DNA of 64,000 nt from Hyphochytrium catenoides (Eukaryota > Protista > Hyphochytriomycota), in NCBI GenBank assembly GCA_900088475.1, contig FLMG01003876.1:8526-72525 (forward strand). The letters are read 5' to 3'. Shown piece by piece: positions 48,192-61,564 of the stretch (position 1 is the stretch's first letter; each line of letters starts with the position of its first letter). The translations under genes were made by a program, and so were the position numbers. The notes beneath the pieces are model-generated. The model saw nothing but the letters and a program-made list of their open reading frames with translations. It was not told where the DNA came from and made no database searches.

Positions 48192-51100
48192 TTAGAACTT
48201 GAAGACCTTGAGCTTGATGATATCCTCTGGGGCGGGTCCCGTTACCATTGTCATCTGGACCTTTCCCGTCTTTTCTCCCATGGACCACTTCCCTTCCTCT
48301 TTCAGTTGGCCATTTGCGTAGCTAAACGTAGCAGTGAGATGGAGAAAACGAGAGTTAATGGACGAGAGTAACGTGAGGTGTGGGGTCAATTCGATAACAA
48401 AATATCGAGATATTTACCACCGTTTCCACGGTCTGATAGTAGAGCGACTTACATGGTTCGCCCCTCGCCATCCTTTCTCCCTTTATAGAACTTTCCCTCG
48501 TAGCGAATGCCGCTTGCCTCCGTTAGAGAGCCGGTGCCATGATACATGCCGGCTACGAAGTCTCCCTCATACGTTTCTCCTGTAGGAAAGGTCTTCTTCC
48601 CTCTTCCCTGAGGAGCATCATCCAACCACTCGCCTGACGGAGAGGTAACGACGCTGATTAAGTCCAAGAGGCTTGAAGTTAGAGTCTGAATGACGCCGAA
48701 GGCCTATTACCTTCATAGACAGTTTGATCGCTGTAAACCATTTTCCCTTTGCCGTGTCTCTTCCCATCCATGACGGCACCATCGTACACGCCCCCATCAT
48801 AGTACTGAATGGAGCCATGGCCCTATCGGGTAAGGAGAATAGGGAAGCCAAGAAACAGGAACACCAAGGAAGATAATGAGTTACAGAAGATCTGAACAGC
48901 AAGTAGGGAAATAACTTGTGTTATCAAAGACCAGGAACGAGGCGCCGCCGAGGTCGTCGCCGCAGGAGGAGCCGACGAAGCTGTGCAAAGAGTCTCAATT
49001 GGACAAAGGACAGAGTAAAGACGACGAAAGGCCAAGTGACATAGTAGAATGTAGTCAGTAACACAAGCCTTGGTACCTCTCTTCGTCCTTCCTTGAATTC
49101 TCCTTCATATTCCTTCCTCAGGCTTCCTTCAAGAGAGAGATAGTAGACGCCTCTTCCGTGGCACACGTTGTCACGCCAGTCTCCCTCATAAACATTTCCA
49201 TTGTGATATCGCATGCGGCCCTTCCCGTGTCGCATATCCTTCAGGAATTCCCCTTTATACTCTCCTTCATCCTCGTAGCAGTAGGTGCCTTCTCCCTCCT
49301 TGTGATTATTTGCCCACTCTCCCTCATACTCCTTTCTAAGACCACCTCGCTCCTTTCTCCAGTATGTCCCCATTCCATGGCGCTTGTTCTGCTTCCACCA
49401 GCCCTCGTACCGCCCTCCGTCTTCTGCAGAGGAAGATAGTCATGGAGAGGTGAGACTACGAAATGGTGAACTATATCAGTTGCATGACGGTTCAGTTTGG
49501 GACGCATTATGGTTGCGGAGGAGGCAAGACATGGCTGCAGGAGGCGACATGAATACTGAGAAATGCCCCAGAGCCGACCCAAACATTTCTTTTGGACAGT
49601 AATAAGCCATTCGCCACCATAGCTCCTTACCAAGTTGAAGGGTCCCATAACCGTGCAGATCATTAGCCTTGAAGTGACCCTCGTAGCGTGCACCACTAGG
49701 CCAGACGAGGACTCCCTGTCCCTGGCGCTGGTCAGCGCGCCAGTTCCCGCTGTAGATCATCCCCGTGGCCGCAGAAACATGCACGCCGTAGCCTTTTATT
49801 GGTGGGGGAGGAAGAGTATCAAGTTACTTAAGAGAATGAAGGGAAACTCGCAAACCAACAGGTAGCAGGCAGTGGATCTATCGGTAAGCCTTAAACTCAT
49901 CGGCCCCGCCAGAGACACGGTTGTATTCCCCAACGCAAGATGATGTAGGAAAAGAGGATTGAGGAGAAAGGGCAACCAGCACAGAGGATGCTGACTATGG
50001 GCTGAACTGTCAAACAAGAGCTGTCGAGGTGTGCGCAAGAGATACCTTGCGCCAGATCATTGACAAAAAAGCCATCGTACTTGTCCCCGTTTTTGAAGAA
50101 ATATTTCCCTCGCCCATGTTTCCTGCCGTTGTGCCATTCTCCCACGTACTGCTCTCCGCAGTGGGACTCGAAGATGCCAAAGCCTTCATGGCGGTTGAGG
50201 AGCCTATAGAACATAACGACGAAACGACGAAAACTAAGCAAGGAGAGTGTGACTGACGACGAAGCAGGTACAGAAGACACAGGAAGAACGAAAGTTCCCG
50301 CTGTCTATGAGGTGTAATCGGTGCCAAAAGGGCTGATTGATTTGACAGCGATGCGTTGATGAAAACAAACGGCGGGGCGCAATATACCAGTTGCCAGAGT
50401 ACTTAGACCCATTTGGGTACACCGACATTCCCTTGCCGCACCGCCTGTCCTCCTCGAACTGGCCCTGCGCATGCAAGATGTTGACAGAGAGCATGAATGA
50501 GACAGAGCTGGTAAGGTCTATCGCCATCGCGGACAAGGCATCTACCTAAAGGAGGTAGAGAATTGTGGACTTCGTAACAGCTAGACGTGAACGCGGATGT
50601 GGCTCACCTTATATATCTCCCCACCGGATAAGCGCAATATACCCTTTCCATGAGCCTTACCCTTTCGTATCTCTCCGACATAAGACTCCCCAGTAGCCTA
50701 ATGTGTGGAGCGCTCAAATAAGTGCCGGGTCTGATTGAGCACTCTTTCTATATGCCTTGCTGTACACCAGGAGACATCACCCTCTCATTGCCTCCCCTGC
50801 GTTCACAGGATTGGCTGCAATAGCGGAGCGCACATGGCTCTTTTTGAGCATTCTGAACGCATCACCTGCGGCGCTCCTTCCTTGATTTCTATTGCTAAAG
50901 ACTCGTCATGCATTTTGCACTACGTACCTTCTTGAATGTTCCTTTCCCGTCGTATATGCCATCTTCCCACTCTCCTGTGATTTTGGACGGTGCCCGTAAG
51001 CCGATGGTTGGAGGGAAAAAGATAGCAGGAGCATCAGCGTTGACTAACCCAATCAGTTCCATGGTGGAATGGCGGAGCAATAGATGAGGTAAAAAAAATC

Positions 51101-53217
51101 AAGGAGGGCTCAAGTTAACGGAATATTGGCAACCACCGCACATCTCCGAGTGAAGGCAAACTCCAAGCAGGCAGTGCAACAAAGGAGGCCTGCATTAGAA
51201 AATAGAGAATGACGTTGCTAACCTTCATAGAAGTCGCCATTTGCGGACTCCAGCTTCCCTTTCCCAGTCAGTTTCCCATTCTGGAACTCGCCCACAAACC
51301 GCTCACCACTGGGAAAACGAAGCTCTCCGATGCCATGCTTCACACCATCCTCCCACTTTGTGAGGAGAAAAAGAGAGATCCAGTTTGCCCGTAAGTGCAG
51401 GCCGAAAGACGTAAGGGCGAACACAAGGTATGTAATGGTATGGAGGGTCAATGGCTGTGACATGGAGACAAAAGAAGTAAACAAGGCCACATTGCATGTG
51501 AAGAAGGTCATCGAATATCTAGGGATCATGAGGCTGTGCGAGAAATAGCGCCAGGCCCCAAGGTCGTGAGAACTTACCTGCCCGATGTAAGTGACTCCGT
51601 CAACCCGGCACAAGACTCCTCTCCCATGTCTCTTGTCGCTTCGCCATTCGCCAGTATACTTAGAACCATCTGCGTAAGTCATTACCCCTTCACCGTGACA
51701 TTGTCGACCCTTAACCTCTCCTTCATAAACAGCACCCGAAGAATATGTCTTTCTTCTCAAGGCAGGCTTGCCATCTTCATCTTCCGCTTTCTCATCCTTC
51801 AATAGCGGTGAATCTTCTTGTCCGTTTGCCTCAATTGTAGAACTCATCCACGATTGATGCAGCGAACCCATTGACGTAGAGGGCAAGAGGGATGACAGAG
51901 CTCCCAACATGCTTGCTTGGTTGTCTCCTCTTTCTGTAGCGTTACCTTCCTTGCTCCGGTATAATGGTGAGAGAACGGCCTCCGCACCACGGTAGAACTT
52001 ACGGATAGCCTTCTTTGGCACTTTTGCGCGTCCATATACTTTCATGGCTGGCACCGGGCTCTCCCTCAGCTCGATACTGTTCTTCTTGTCCTCGCTACTC
52101 ACGGTGGGTGAGTCCAAGGTAACGGAGTTCCCCAGGAGGTTTCCATTTTCCGTTAGATTATTTCCACATACAGAGCAGCGAGGGTAAACAAGTGAGTTGT
52201 TCTTATGGTGACAAGCATCGCACCACCAGCGATGGGCGCTGACTTTGTGCACGTTGGCTCCTACGAAGAGGGAAGGCAAGAGAAATTTAAAAGAGTTATG
52301 CGTACTTATACAGTCTTGCTATGACAATTATTGGCAGGTGAACCGAAGGGCACAAGGCCGAAGCAGCGCGAGCTTGCGGAAGGGGGCCAAAGGACATTGA
52401 GAATGTAGCAGTTTACCTGTAGCGCTGTCAAAGGTAAGTTCGCAGCCCGGCCAGGTGCATCTAAGAAAGTCCTTATAGCTAGATGGAGGGTCCCATTGAG
52501 TGTCTTTAGTCGCCTCCTGGTAGTAGTAAAGTGCGCCTGTGTGCTCATCATAGAGCTCACTCCAGCCGCCTAGAGACCTGACAACGTGTGATCGCTTTAA
52601 GAGATCTTTAAGGGCTGCCTCAGTTACCACGACCTTCTGCCTCTTCCTCCTTTCAAGCTTGGCAATGATCCGTCCCAGAAAACCCCTAGCAACTCTTTGC
52701 AGGGTTAGAGTTGCCCTGTGCCTTGTAATGGCCTGAGATCCAAGGTTAGAGACCAAGTGAGCACGGTAGAGATACTAGCACCACGACATCATAAGGAGTA
52801 GTAGAAAGGTAACTAGCAGAGCATCGTCGATAGTGAATGATCCTAGTCGGGCTATGCAGCGGGACGTATATCCGAGAAGATAAAGAATCGTCAAACAGCA
52901 AATAGCAGGCTAATTCTCTTCCTCCGAAGGTGTGTCTGACCAACAAGAAGTGAGGCTTGCGAGGAAGAAGGGAGGAGGTATATATATATCGTTTAAGCTC
53001 ACGTTCGTACCTCTCGGTATAGTAACAGCTGTCGCCTGCCCCTATAGAGAGCTTGAATAATGGCTGCAGCAGCATAGATCAATTTGTCGTCTTTCTTCAA
53101 CTCATTCGTAGTAACTGCGGCCAGCTGAATATGAGCGGCGCTAATCTTAGAGGTTTTTGCTTCGAGCTCCTTCCTGGCTCGGACCCTTGCCGCCCGACGA
53201 TCAAGCGCTAAGCTCAT
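48192..53217 (-). CDS. MORN-repeat protein with N-terminal IQ motifs, WW domain and two zinc fingers
   Basis: IQ motifs IIQALYRGR and LQRVARGFLGR, a WW domain GGWSELYDEHTGALYYYQEATKDTQWDPP, and many YxGxW/F...HGxG MORN units over many exons. The stop is at 48192-48194. Confidence 0.85.
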
Positions 53218-53467
53218 AGTGACCTAGACAGAGACATGAGGCACCACGACTGCCCCAGAACTTTTGGGTGCCTAGAAGCTCAATGTATAAGACATCAAGC
53301 GTCCATGTCACAGCCCACTCAGGGTCAGACTCTTCCATCGCATACTGGAGCCATCCTTTCGTTCAATCCAATGCAAGCAGGATCCTGACTCCCTCTATTC
53401 CATGGCCCCTGCCGCTGTCTCATGGGAGGAAGGAACGCTAGGAGCCACTGTCTCTCGCTGCTCCCTT

Positions 53468-53512
53468 TGCCGCTAACTTCTCTGCCTGCCGCTAACTTCT
53501 CTGCCTGCCGCT
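53468..53512. repeat. Short tandem duplication (19-bp unit TGCCGCTAACTTCTCTGCC, about 2.4 copies)
   Basis: Exact copies at 53468-53486 and 53487-53505, then a partial third. Confidence 0.9.
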
Positions 53513-54586
53513 CTCCGTCTCCAAGCTCGCCTTATTATGGCTGATGATCAGCCAGCCAGCCAAGTGCCATCATCCATCAACCCAAAAAAGATCAGAACCC
53601 CAGCAGCTTCAATGACACTGGACAACCGCCCAAAGGTCTGCCCCGAAATCAACTGTAATCCTTAGGCATAGGGCACAATTTCTGGGAGGAAGATGGCAGA
53701 ATTGCTGATGGGTGACCTTCTAGTAATCAAATAGATCAGTTCTTGCCTGTCACTGATTTTCCGTTTCAAACTTTCGCGGTACGGATGGAAATATTGCCTT
53801 GAAAGTTACGTCGCACATTTCTTTCTCCTTGATTTTACGCGAACCTTGTCAAAAGCTTGGGACCAACTCAGGGAGTCTTCCCCCAAGGTACCATGAGTTT
53901 GATGGTAGGTCCCCCTCGATAGATAGAGCGGCTTGTGAGGATGGTGAGTGGCTTCGCTCAGTCGGGGTAGCGGCGTCGTTCCGGGTGGGACAGAGCTTCA
54001 AGTTACCCTTTAGTGCAAGGAATCCTATCGTATTCCGCCGTCAGTTGTAGAATAAGGTTGTAATTAGCCATAGCAGCCTTGAGAAATTCCTCCTGGTCGT
54101 CACTCAAAGCAAATCAAGAAACAACTATATCTCTATTGCTCCTCATCCTATCTCTGTCAAACTCTGACTGTTTCGGTTTGTGGCAGACTAATAAGGTTCT
54201 CAACATTCTTTCTTGCAAGCGCATTATCTCCGACTACTCTGTCTGTCGCACACCCCACTCTGTGTTGCTATGAGTGGTTCACTCCGCTGTCAGAAGTCAG
54301 AAGGATCCTTGGAGTCTGTGGGCTCTGAAGCGTTGCTGCACACAGTCAGAGACACTTCGGCTTGAGGCTTGAGCTTCTCCTCCTCCTCATCGGGTTCTCA
54401 TCACCTCGTTGTCTCTCCATCACCTCAGCCGAGTCTCCCTCAGTCTGCCAATCGACTTATTGCCACCCTTCATTGTCGCCCAGCAAGCCTTGCAAGCAAC
54501 GGACTCATTGACAAGAAGTTTAGTTCAGCTTCCACATCCCTTGAATAGATCACTTCGAAGTCTTCTTTTGAGCATCTAAGGTCACG

Positions 54587-57366
54587 ATGAATGGTCTTAA
54601 GCGAACTCTTGGCCACTCCCTCCAGCTGGGCAAAGCCCATGCGAGGCAAATGTCAGCCTTCAGCGGCACCTATAACTGGCAGGACCCCTTAAACATGAAC
54701 TCCCTTTTATCCGAGGACGAGCGAATGATTCAGGTTAGTAGTCTTCCCAAGATGGCCATACCAAAGCATGAATCCCATCGCTAACCTAGTCCTGGTTTCT
54801 CTTCTAAGGAAACGGCCAAAGCCTACTGCCAGCAGAGTTTGCAGCCTCGGGTCCTTGAAGCTAACAGACATGAGAAGTTTGATCGAGAAATCATGTCAGA
54901 AATGGGAGAGATGGGGCTCTTGGGCCCACAGATCAAAGGTTACGGCTGTTCGGGAGTAAACTATGTTTCTTACGGCCTCATTGCCAATGCTGTCGAAAGT
55001 GTAAGAAGCCTAGCTGGTGTCTTTTCGTTTTACTGGCACTTAACTCATCCACTCTGTGTTATCCTATCTCTTTTCTATCCTCCGGCTCGTTTGTCTCTGT
55101 TACCCGGATCTACAGGTCGATAGTGGCTACCGCTCTGCTATGAGCGTCCAGTCCTCGCTGGTAATGCACCCAATCAACACTTTTGGTACAGAGGAGCAGA
55201 AGAAGAAGGTGATGATACAAAAGGCATCATTCTAGAGTCTCGAATCTGTGTCCATCGCTCTCTTTTTACCAATTAGCTCTTCTTTCTCAGCGCTTTATTT
55301 CCCAGATCAATGCTTTTCCTTATCGCTGGGTATTGCGTCCTCTCAGTTTCGTCTCACACAGCCTCATGCAATGACTGACGTTAAAACTTTCAGTTTCTGC
55401 CTGAGCTGGCCAAGGGGAAGCTAGTGGGCTGCTTCGGCCTTACAGAGCCTAATCACGGCTCAGATCCTGGAAGGTTGGCCTATTGAAGTTGCTACTTCAC
55501 GCTTCTTCTGTTCCTTGGGTCTTCTACCGCTGTTATCTCTTCCTTGTACCCTCCCCGCAACTGGACCTTCGCATCCGGTCGTCTTTCACGATGCGATCTT
55601 CTTATCTGCTTCTCTGCCGTTAGCATGGAGACCCGGGCCCGAAAGACAGACGATGGACACTTCATTCTAAATGGTAACACGTAGCCTCCCTTATCTAGTT
55701 ATTTTCATACCTCTGGCTGGTCCTCTTATTCAGGTGTGATTAGCTCGCGTTACTAAGCTCTTTCCTGACAATGTAGGATCGAAGAATTGGATCACAAACT
55801 CTCCCATTGCCGACATCTTCATCATATGGGCTAAGGACGATGAGGGTGTCATCCGCGGCTTCATTCTGGAGAAGGTACGCCCGAAGCTAGCCACGAACTG
55901 TTATGATGACTGCGTCCAAGTTGACTGACAAAGCTAACGTCATGAACTCCTGCTGCACTTCCATTGGCTCTGATCCTGTTCAGGGCATGAAGGGCCTGAG
56001 CGCCCCCAAGATAGAGGGCAAGTTCAGTCTTCGAGCGTCAGTGACAGGGATGGTCAGTCAATCATTAGTTTTCTTGGTCATAGACTACGTCTTCGAAGCT
56101 GAGGTTGTGCTCATTTCCTTACCAGATCTTTATGGAGGACGTTAAGGTCCCAGCAGCTAACATGCTTCCCAAGGCCAGAGGTCTGGGAGTAAGTACAACT
56201 TGTCCAGTCTAGCAGAGTTGAGGCTAATGGTTTTATGCAGGGTCCCTTCAGTTGTCTGAATAGCGCTAGATATGGCATCGCTTGGGGCACAATGGGAGCA
56301 GCAAGTAAGTTGATCGATTCGAGGAGGCGTCTAAGAATCATCTTTCCTCTCAGCCTCAATCAGAACGTTCCTCAGTGCCACCTGCTTGGAGCCATTCGGT
56401 TTCTTGAATCGCCTGTCTTGTTATGATGCTTCTACTAACCCTGGTCATCGCTGCAGTGAACTGCATGTCCATAGCGCGCCAGTACGTTCTCGATAGAAAG
56501 CAGTTTGGCGCACCTCTGGCAAGGTATACCAGTGATGATTGCTGAATGGCAAAATATGTATTCATACACTAAAATCGTTAACACCTGCTTCTGCTTATCG
56601 AACTCCTCACGATGCTTTTGTTGACTTCATCATTGGCAAGCAACCAGCTCGTGCAGAAGAAGCTAGCGGATATGAACACTGAGATCACATTGGGCCTTCT
56701 TGCAGCTCTGCAGGTGAGTGCTGCGTACTTTTACGCTGTGACTGATGGGTCCCCTTCCTCTCCTAGCTGAATGTTCTTAAACTCTTTGAATTATCTGTCT
56801 TCATTGCCTCTTGGGGGCCAACTTCTGGATTTAAATTCTTGCCTGATCCTTCGGTTCTCGCGCTTACTGCATCCCGCAACGATAGGTTGGCAGGCAAAAG
56901 GATGCTGGAACTGCTGTTCCAGAGATGATTTCCATGATCAAGAGAAACAATTGCGGCAAAGCCTTAGACATTGCAAGAGTGTGCAGAGATATGCTAGGAG
57001 GTATATCTACCCTCTACTTCTCTTTTGTTAGCAACGCAATCGCTTCGCCGCTTGAGTCAAGGTTCTTACCCTACACTCTTGATGCAAACCGTCATTTGCA
57101 AGCCCTTCTTCTCGCTAGTACTACCCTTCTCTAGTCATGCTAGCCCCAATAGCGGTAGACCGGCGGAAGAGTCATACTGAGTTCTAATTTCTTCCCTCAC
57201 TCTGTGCTAACTCTACATAGGCAACGGTATTGCTGACGAGTATCATATTATCCGCCACATGATGAACTTGGAGGCCGTTAACACTTACGAGGGCACCCAC
57301 GACATCCATGCCCTGATCCTAGGCCGAGCCATTACCGGGCTGCCAGCTTTCGTTCCGAAGAAATAA
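54587..57366 (+). CDS. GCDH: Glutaryl-CoA dehydrogenase, mitochondrial
   Basis: Motifs [90 protein letters not shown] and [25 protein letters not shown] are present. TAA is at 57364-57366. Confidence 0.96.
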
Positions 57367-57526
57367 CCGTACTGCTAGGAGAGTGAAAAGCTGACACAGA
57401 GGACTCATTGGGCGGGCTCTGATGAGCCAAAAGTAAGGATCGGCGCAGACTGTAAGGGCCGGGTTAGAGTTTAGACACTGCCAGAATAAAGAGAACATCC
57501 TGTGCGTGGTACCACTTCCTTGTAGT

Positions 57527-60500
57527 TTATTTCTTTGCAAATCGTTCCAGTGCCCGAGGAAGTTTCTGTGCCGTTGTCTCATTGTTTCTCCTTTTCTTTT
57601 CTTCCTCTTTCTTTTGTCGCTCCTCTTCCAGCTTCTGTTGAAGTTTGATGCGGCGCTCATCAATAATATTCTGCTGCTTCTTTCGCAGCTTCCGCCCGAT
57701 CTTGCTCCTTCCTCTAGTCTTGTTCTTCTCCTTGGTTGCTTCACCCTGAGAACAGATAAAGACCACGAGAAACGTGAGAAAAATGAATTTGTGCATATTA
57801 GGGGAACAAGGATTCATTAGACCATAGAAACTGCAGGAGAGAGCATGGAAGCTGTCGGAGGCAGCAGAGCCGCAGAGCTCGTCTAATGCAACGGGTGGCC
57901 AGAAGCACATATTGCGTTGCTGAATATACCTTCTTGCTTTCTCTCTCCGCTCTCGCTTCCTTGATTCTCTCTTCTGGTGCTCTCTCGACGGTTCCCACAA
58001 GGTTGGGATTAAGGGAGATCATCTCAGGCTGGAGCTTCTCCAGCAACGACACCACTTCAGTCTCACGACGCTGGTAGTCAAGAGAAGTGGAAAGGCGTGA
58101 TCAGTGAGCTGAGGCTCAGATTGCTCTTCCCTATCATATACAATCATGGCTCACCTGCTTGGTAGTCTCAAACGGATTTGCTTCCATGGCGTCATAGTTA
58201 GGCTCTCCAGCACCCGGCACAATCTAAACGAGGCACAGACATGTGAGTCTCCTCAGTCCAAGCGAAGATTCCATACGTGTCCTTACCATGGTGCAGAAAC
58301 CTTCTGAATGTCCGACTCCAAGGATATCATCGAACGGCCTGAACAGGACGTCCTGAACTGTCTTGGAAGGCAGTCTATGGGTCATGTAGGGCGCCTTTGC
58401 CTTCTTGATGATGGCGTCCTAGAAAAGCGGTGAGGTAGGCAAGAGGAGAACATTACTCTAAGAAAAAAGTTAGCATGAACTCCCCCACAACCTTCTGCCG
58501 CTGTGTACGGCGTATCCCGGTCCTCCTTCTTTCTCTGTCTGTACTCGTACCTTCCACACTTGTACATTAGGTCCATAGCCAACTGCAAGTAGCCCTTGCT
58601 GGCTGATGTCCAAGGTGCTCGCTGGGGTCGTTGTAAAGTACGAACTAACCTCCTTGTAGGTCCGAATGTCCCAGATCTACGAAGAGCGTTAAATCAATGA
58701 GGGGCGTGCGGTTGATAGTCCAGGTAACAAGGTAGATACGACAAGTACGAGCGTGCTACGAAGTTGGCTGTATGTCATGACGGTGCATCTAGAAGGTCCT
58801 TAGCAAAAGCTTGATGAACAGAACGACGACAAAGAGAGTGACATTTATGAAGCCCCGTTACCTTCATTTGTCCATCTAAGCCAGCTGTTGCCATGTATTG
58901 GCCACTGCGGTCCATTGCCAGTGCTTGAACTGAGGACGTGCGTACGTTAAGGTTACAGAGGTGCAGAGGAAATGGTGGACGCAAACTGAATAGACCGGTA
59001 CTCGAATGAACAATTAGGTATGCCGCAAACCGATCTCTCACCTGGCCCTCTGTGGCATAGCATCTTAACAACCGGGGTGCTCATATTTGGAGTCCACATC
59101 GTGACCACGCCGCCTCCATGTCCCAAATGTATCACGCCATTCCAGCTGTTCTGTTTAGGATAGCAGGCTGTCAGCGAAGTAGTGACTAATGTAAAGGGAA
59201 AGAGACACGCGTTTCGAAGTAGCAAATATATGCTTGAAAGGAGAAAAGTGTGAGGGCCTTCTGCGCCCCACACAATTGGGAGATCAAATATTTTGCTCTC
59301 ACCGCTCGCATAACTCTGCATGGCCCAAGCTTCGTCCTATGCTCCGCGACCAGTTTCCCTGTCGACGTGTCCTGATAGCGCAGAAAGCCAGTCTCCCCGA
59401 CCGTGCAAAGGAGAAAGTGATAAGGGAGGAACTCAAGCCGATTGATGGCAAGATGGTCACGAAGACAGTGGAGTTCTAGGCCCGTGTTGTCATAAATATA
59501 TCTGCCAACAATGTAGAAGATTAGCGAAAAAGACGTTTGAGACAACAAACTCTGCGAGCTAACTAAATATAGCGACAAAAGGCCAAGATAGAACACTAGC
59601 AATGGGCACCCTGGCGTGAGGCTCGAGCCGTAGAACGCTAAGCTTCTCGGACGAGAACGCAACCCCCTCGCAGCCTACTTAATGTTCAACAAAGTTTGAA
59701 TGGTCGCTAAGATAGTGGACTCGACGAGTGGATACGATATACCAAAATCAGGGCAGCAGGAGGAAGAAACGCTTTGCACTTACAGATATTTCTTCTGAGC
59801 CACGGCAAACATGGTCTCATTGTGCAGGAACTTTACATCTTTGACCGTATCCTTCACGTTGAATTCACAGACGATATCGGTCCTGAGGCTATCAATGACT
59901 GAGAGATGGCCTTTCCTCCCTCCTAGCAGTAAGTGACGGCCATTTCTGGTGTAGTCGATACTATAAGGACCAGAGTCCATCTTGAGTTCCATCTTCTTGG
60001 CTCTAGTGTTAAGGTCAACATGCTCGAGCAGCTCATTCTGCTTAAACTTGTAGGTCCGTTCCATGCCCTCAGCCTCCAGATACCTTAGGGAATGCGCAAG
60101 AAGAGCATTGAATAGATTTGTTAGTCATGGACTGAGATGTTGGAAGTAGGCAACGATGCCCAGAAGACACGGGAGTCATAAGGAAAAGCGGTAGAGAAAG
60201 AAGCGACTCACGCTGACTGAGGCACCACAGAGTCACGGCAAGCTAACAAATAACCAGGACAAGCGGTGCAATAGGAAGTAATGTGGCTAAGCGGTATAGC
60301 ACGATGCAGCTAACGAAACGACTCACCCCGCTTCTTCGGTGTGAAGAATCTCGGCCCTTGCGGCGGCAGCAATGGCTTCTTTATACTTTGCTTCCTCATT
60401 TTCTATTCTAGACTTTAGCTTCTTATCCTTGATACCCTGGAGAATAGGAGATTATGGACGATTGGTAAGAGTTATTTTGTGAACCGCTGCCAGAAACGGA

Positions 60501-60814
60501 GGCGGACAAGGGCAAGAAGATGAAGGAAGTTCTTCCGCAAGTTCATACCTTCAGAACATTTTCCTTTCCTCTAATGTACTTCTTTGCACCCTCAGGGAGC
60601 TCCTCCTTGCCATTCTCCTCTGGTCTCTTCCGCTTTTGGGCTCCTCCTCCCTTGGCCGTCCTTCCTAGTCTAGTAGGCTGCGGCGCTCTTTTGGTCCCAT
60701 TCAATGCTGCTTGTGAACAGAAGTTAAAGAACGACAAGAGAGAGTCACAGACAGTAGGCGAGGACCAAACCTACCAGTGTAGTCTTCTCTCTCGGAGTCG
60801 GACGAATCGCTCAT
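57527..60814 (-). CDS. WDR46: U3 snoRNA-associated WD40 protein WDR46/UTP7 (BING4 C-terminal domain)
   Basis: Motifs ILHTEEAGYLEAEGMERTYKFKQ, GPYSIDYTRNGRHLLLGGRKGH, FAVAQKK, LEFLPYHFLL, VPGAGEPNYDAMEANPFETTKQ and SLLEKLQPEMISLNP are present, with C-terminal ALERF. ATG is at 60812-60814. Confidence 0.93.
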
Positions 60815-61564
60815 CGTGATTGCCTTTTACTTACAAGCCCACCGGCTTAGTACTTGATAGCTTCTAGAGTCTTGACACCCTACCGCACGCAGCTTGCAGC
60901 TATACAAAGCGGCTATAAGGGCGCTAGACATGCAGAATGCGGAGCTCTATAGTGAAGTGGCATCGGCTAAGATGGTCGGTGCAGAGACATCATCATCGGC
61001 ATTCTGATCTCTGTGACATCAATCATCATCATCATGAAACAGCTTTCTGCAGCAGCAGCTTTCAGAACCAACCGCGCGCAACAATCATCAACTACAAGAT
61101 CAGTACGCAGCGATTATCACAGGTTGCCAATTACCCATTGTTGTATATAAGACAGGGACATTCCTAAAAAAAAGAATCATTGAAATTTAGTTATTTATAG
61201 AGGAATCATCCTTTCGGTATTGAGTATGGTGGTATGACCCATCAGAAGCACTTCAGAAGCGCTGATCTGCCCTTTCAGGACTCACGCAGGCCATACTCCT
61301 GTCGTCATTGAGCCTGCGCCTGTAGGCGTGATGCCTAGTCATCATCATCAGCTGACAATGTAGGTTTAGAAAGTCATTGACTGATCACTGCTGAGCGCTG
61401 GGAGCAGGTGACACTGAGTTGTCATTGAGCAAATGGCGAGAGGGGGAAGTCTGCAAGGACTATTATCCTTGATTGTTCTCACAGTTGGGGCTGCCGAAGG
61501 TTTCCTCAAGATGTTCATTCTCGGAGTGTCTTGAGGTTGGGCGTATGTCCATAAATTGATGTGC

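Noticed and set aside
53401-53412. CATGGCCCCTGC, resembling part of U6 snRNA
   Set aside because: The match is only 12 nt, with no ACAGAGA box or flanking U6 sequence.
60990-61060. (CAT)n/(CAG)n runs and His-rich ORF 60937-61167
   Set aside because: These are short microsatellites in intergenic or UTR sequence with no support for coding.
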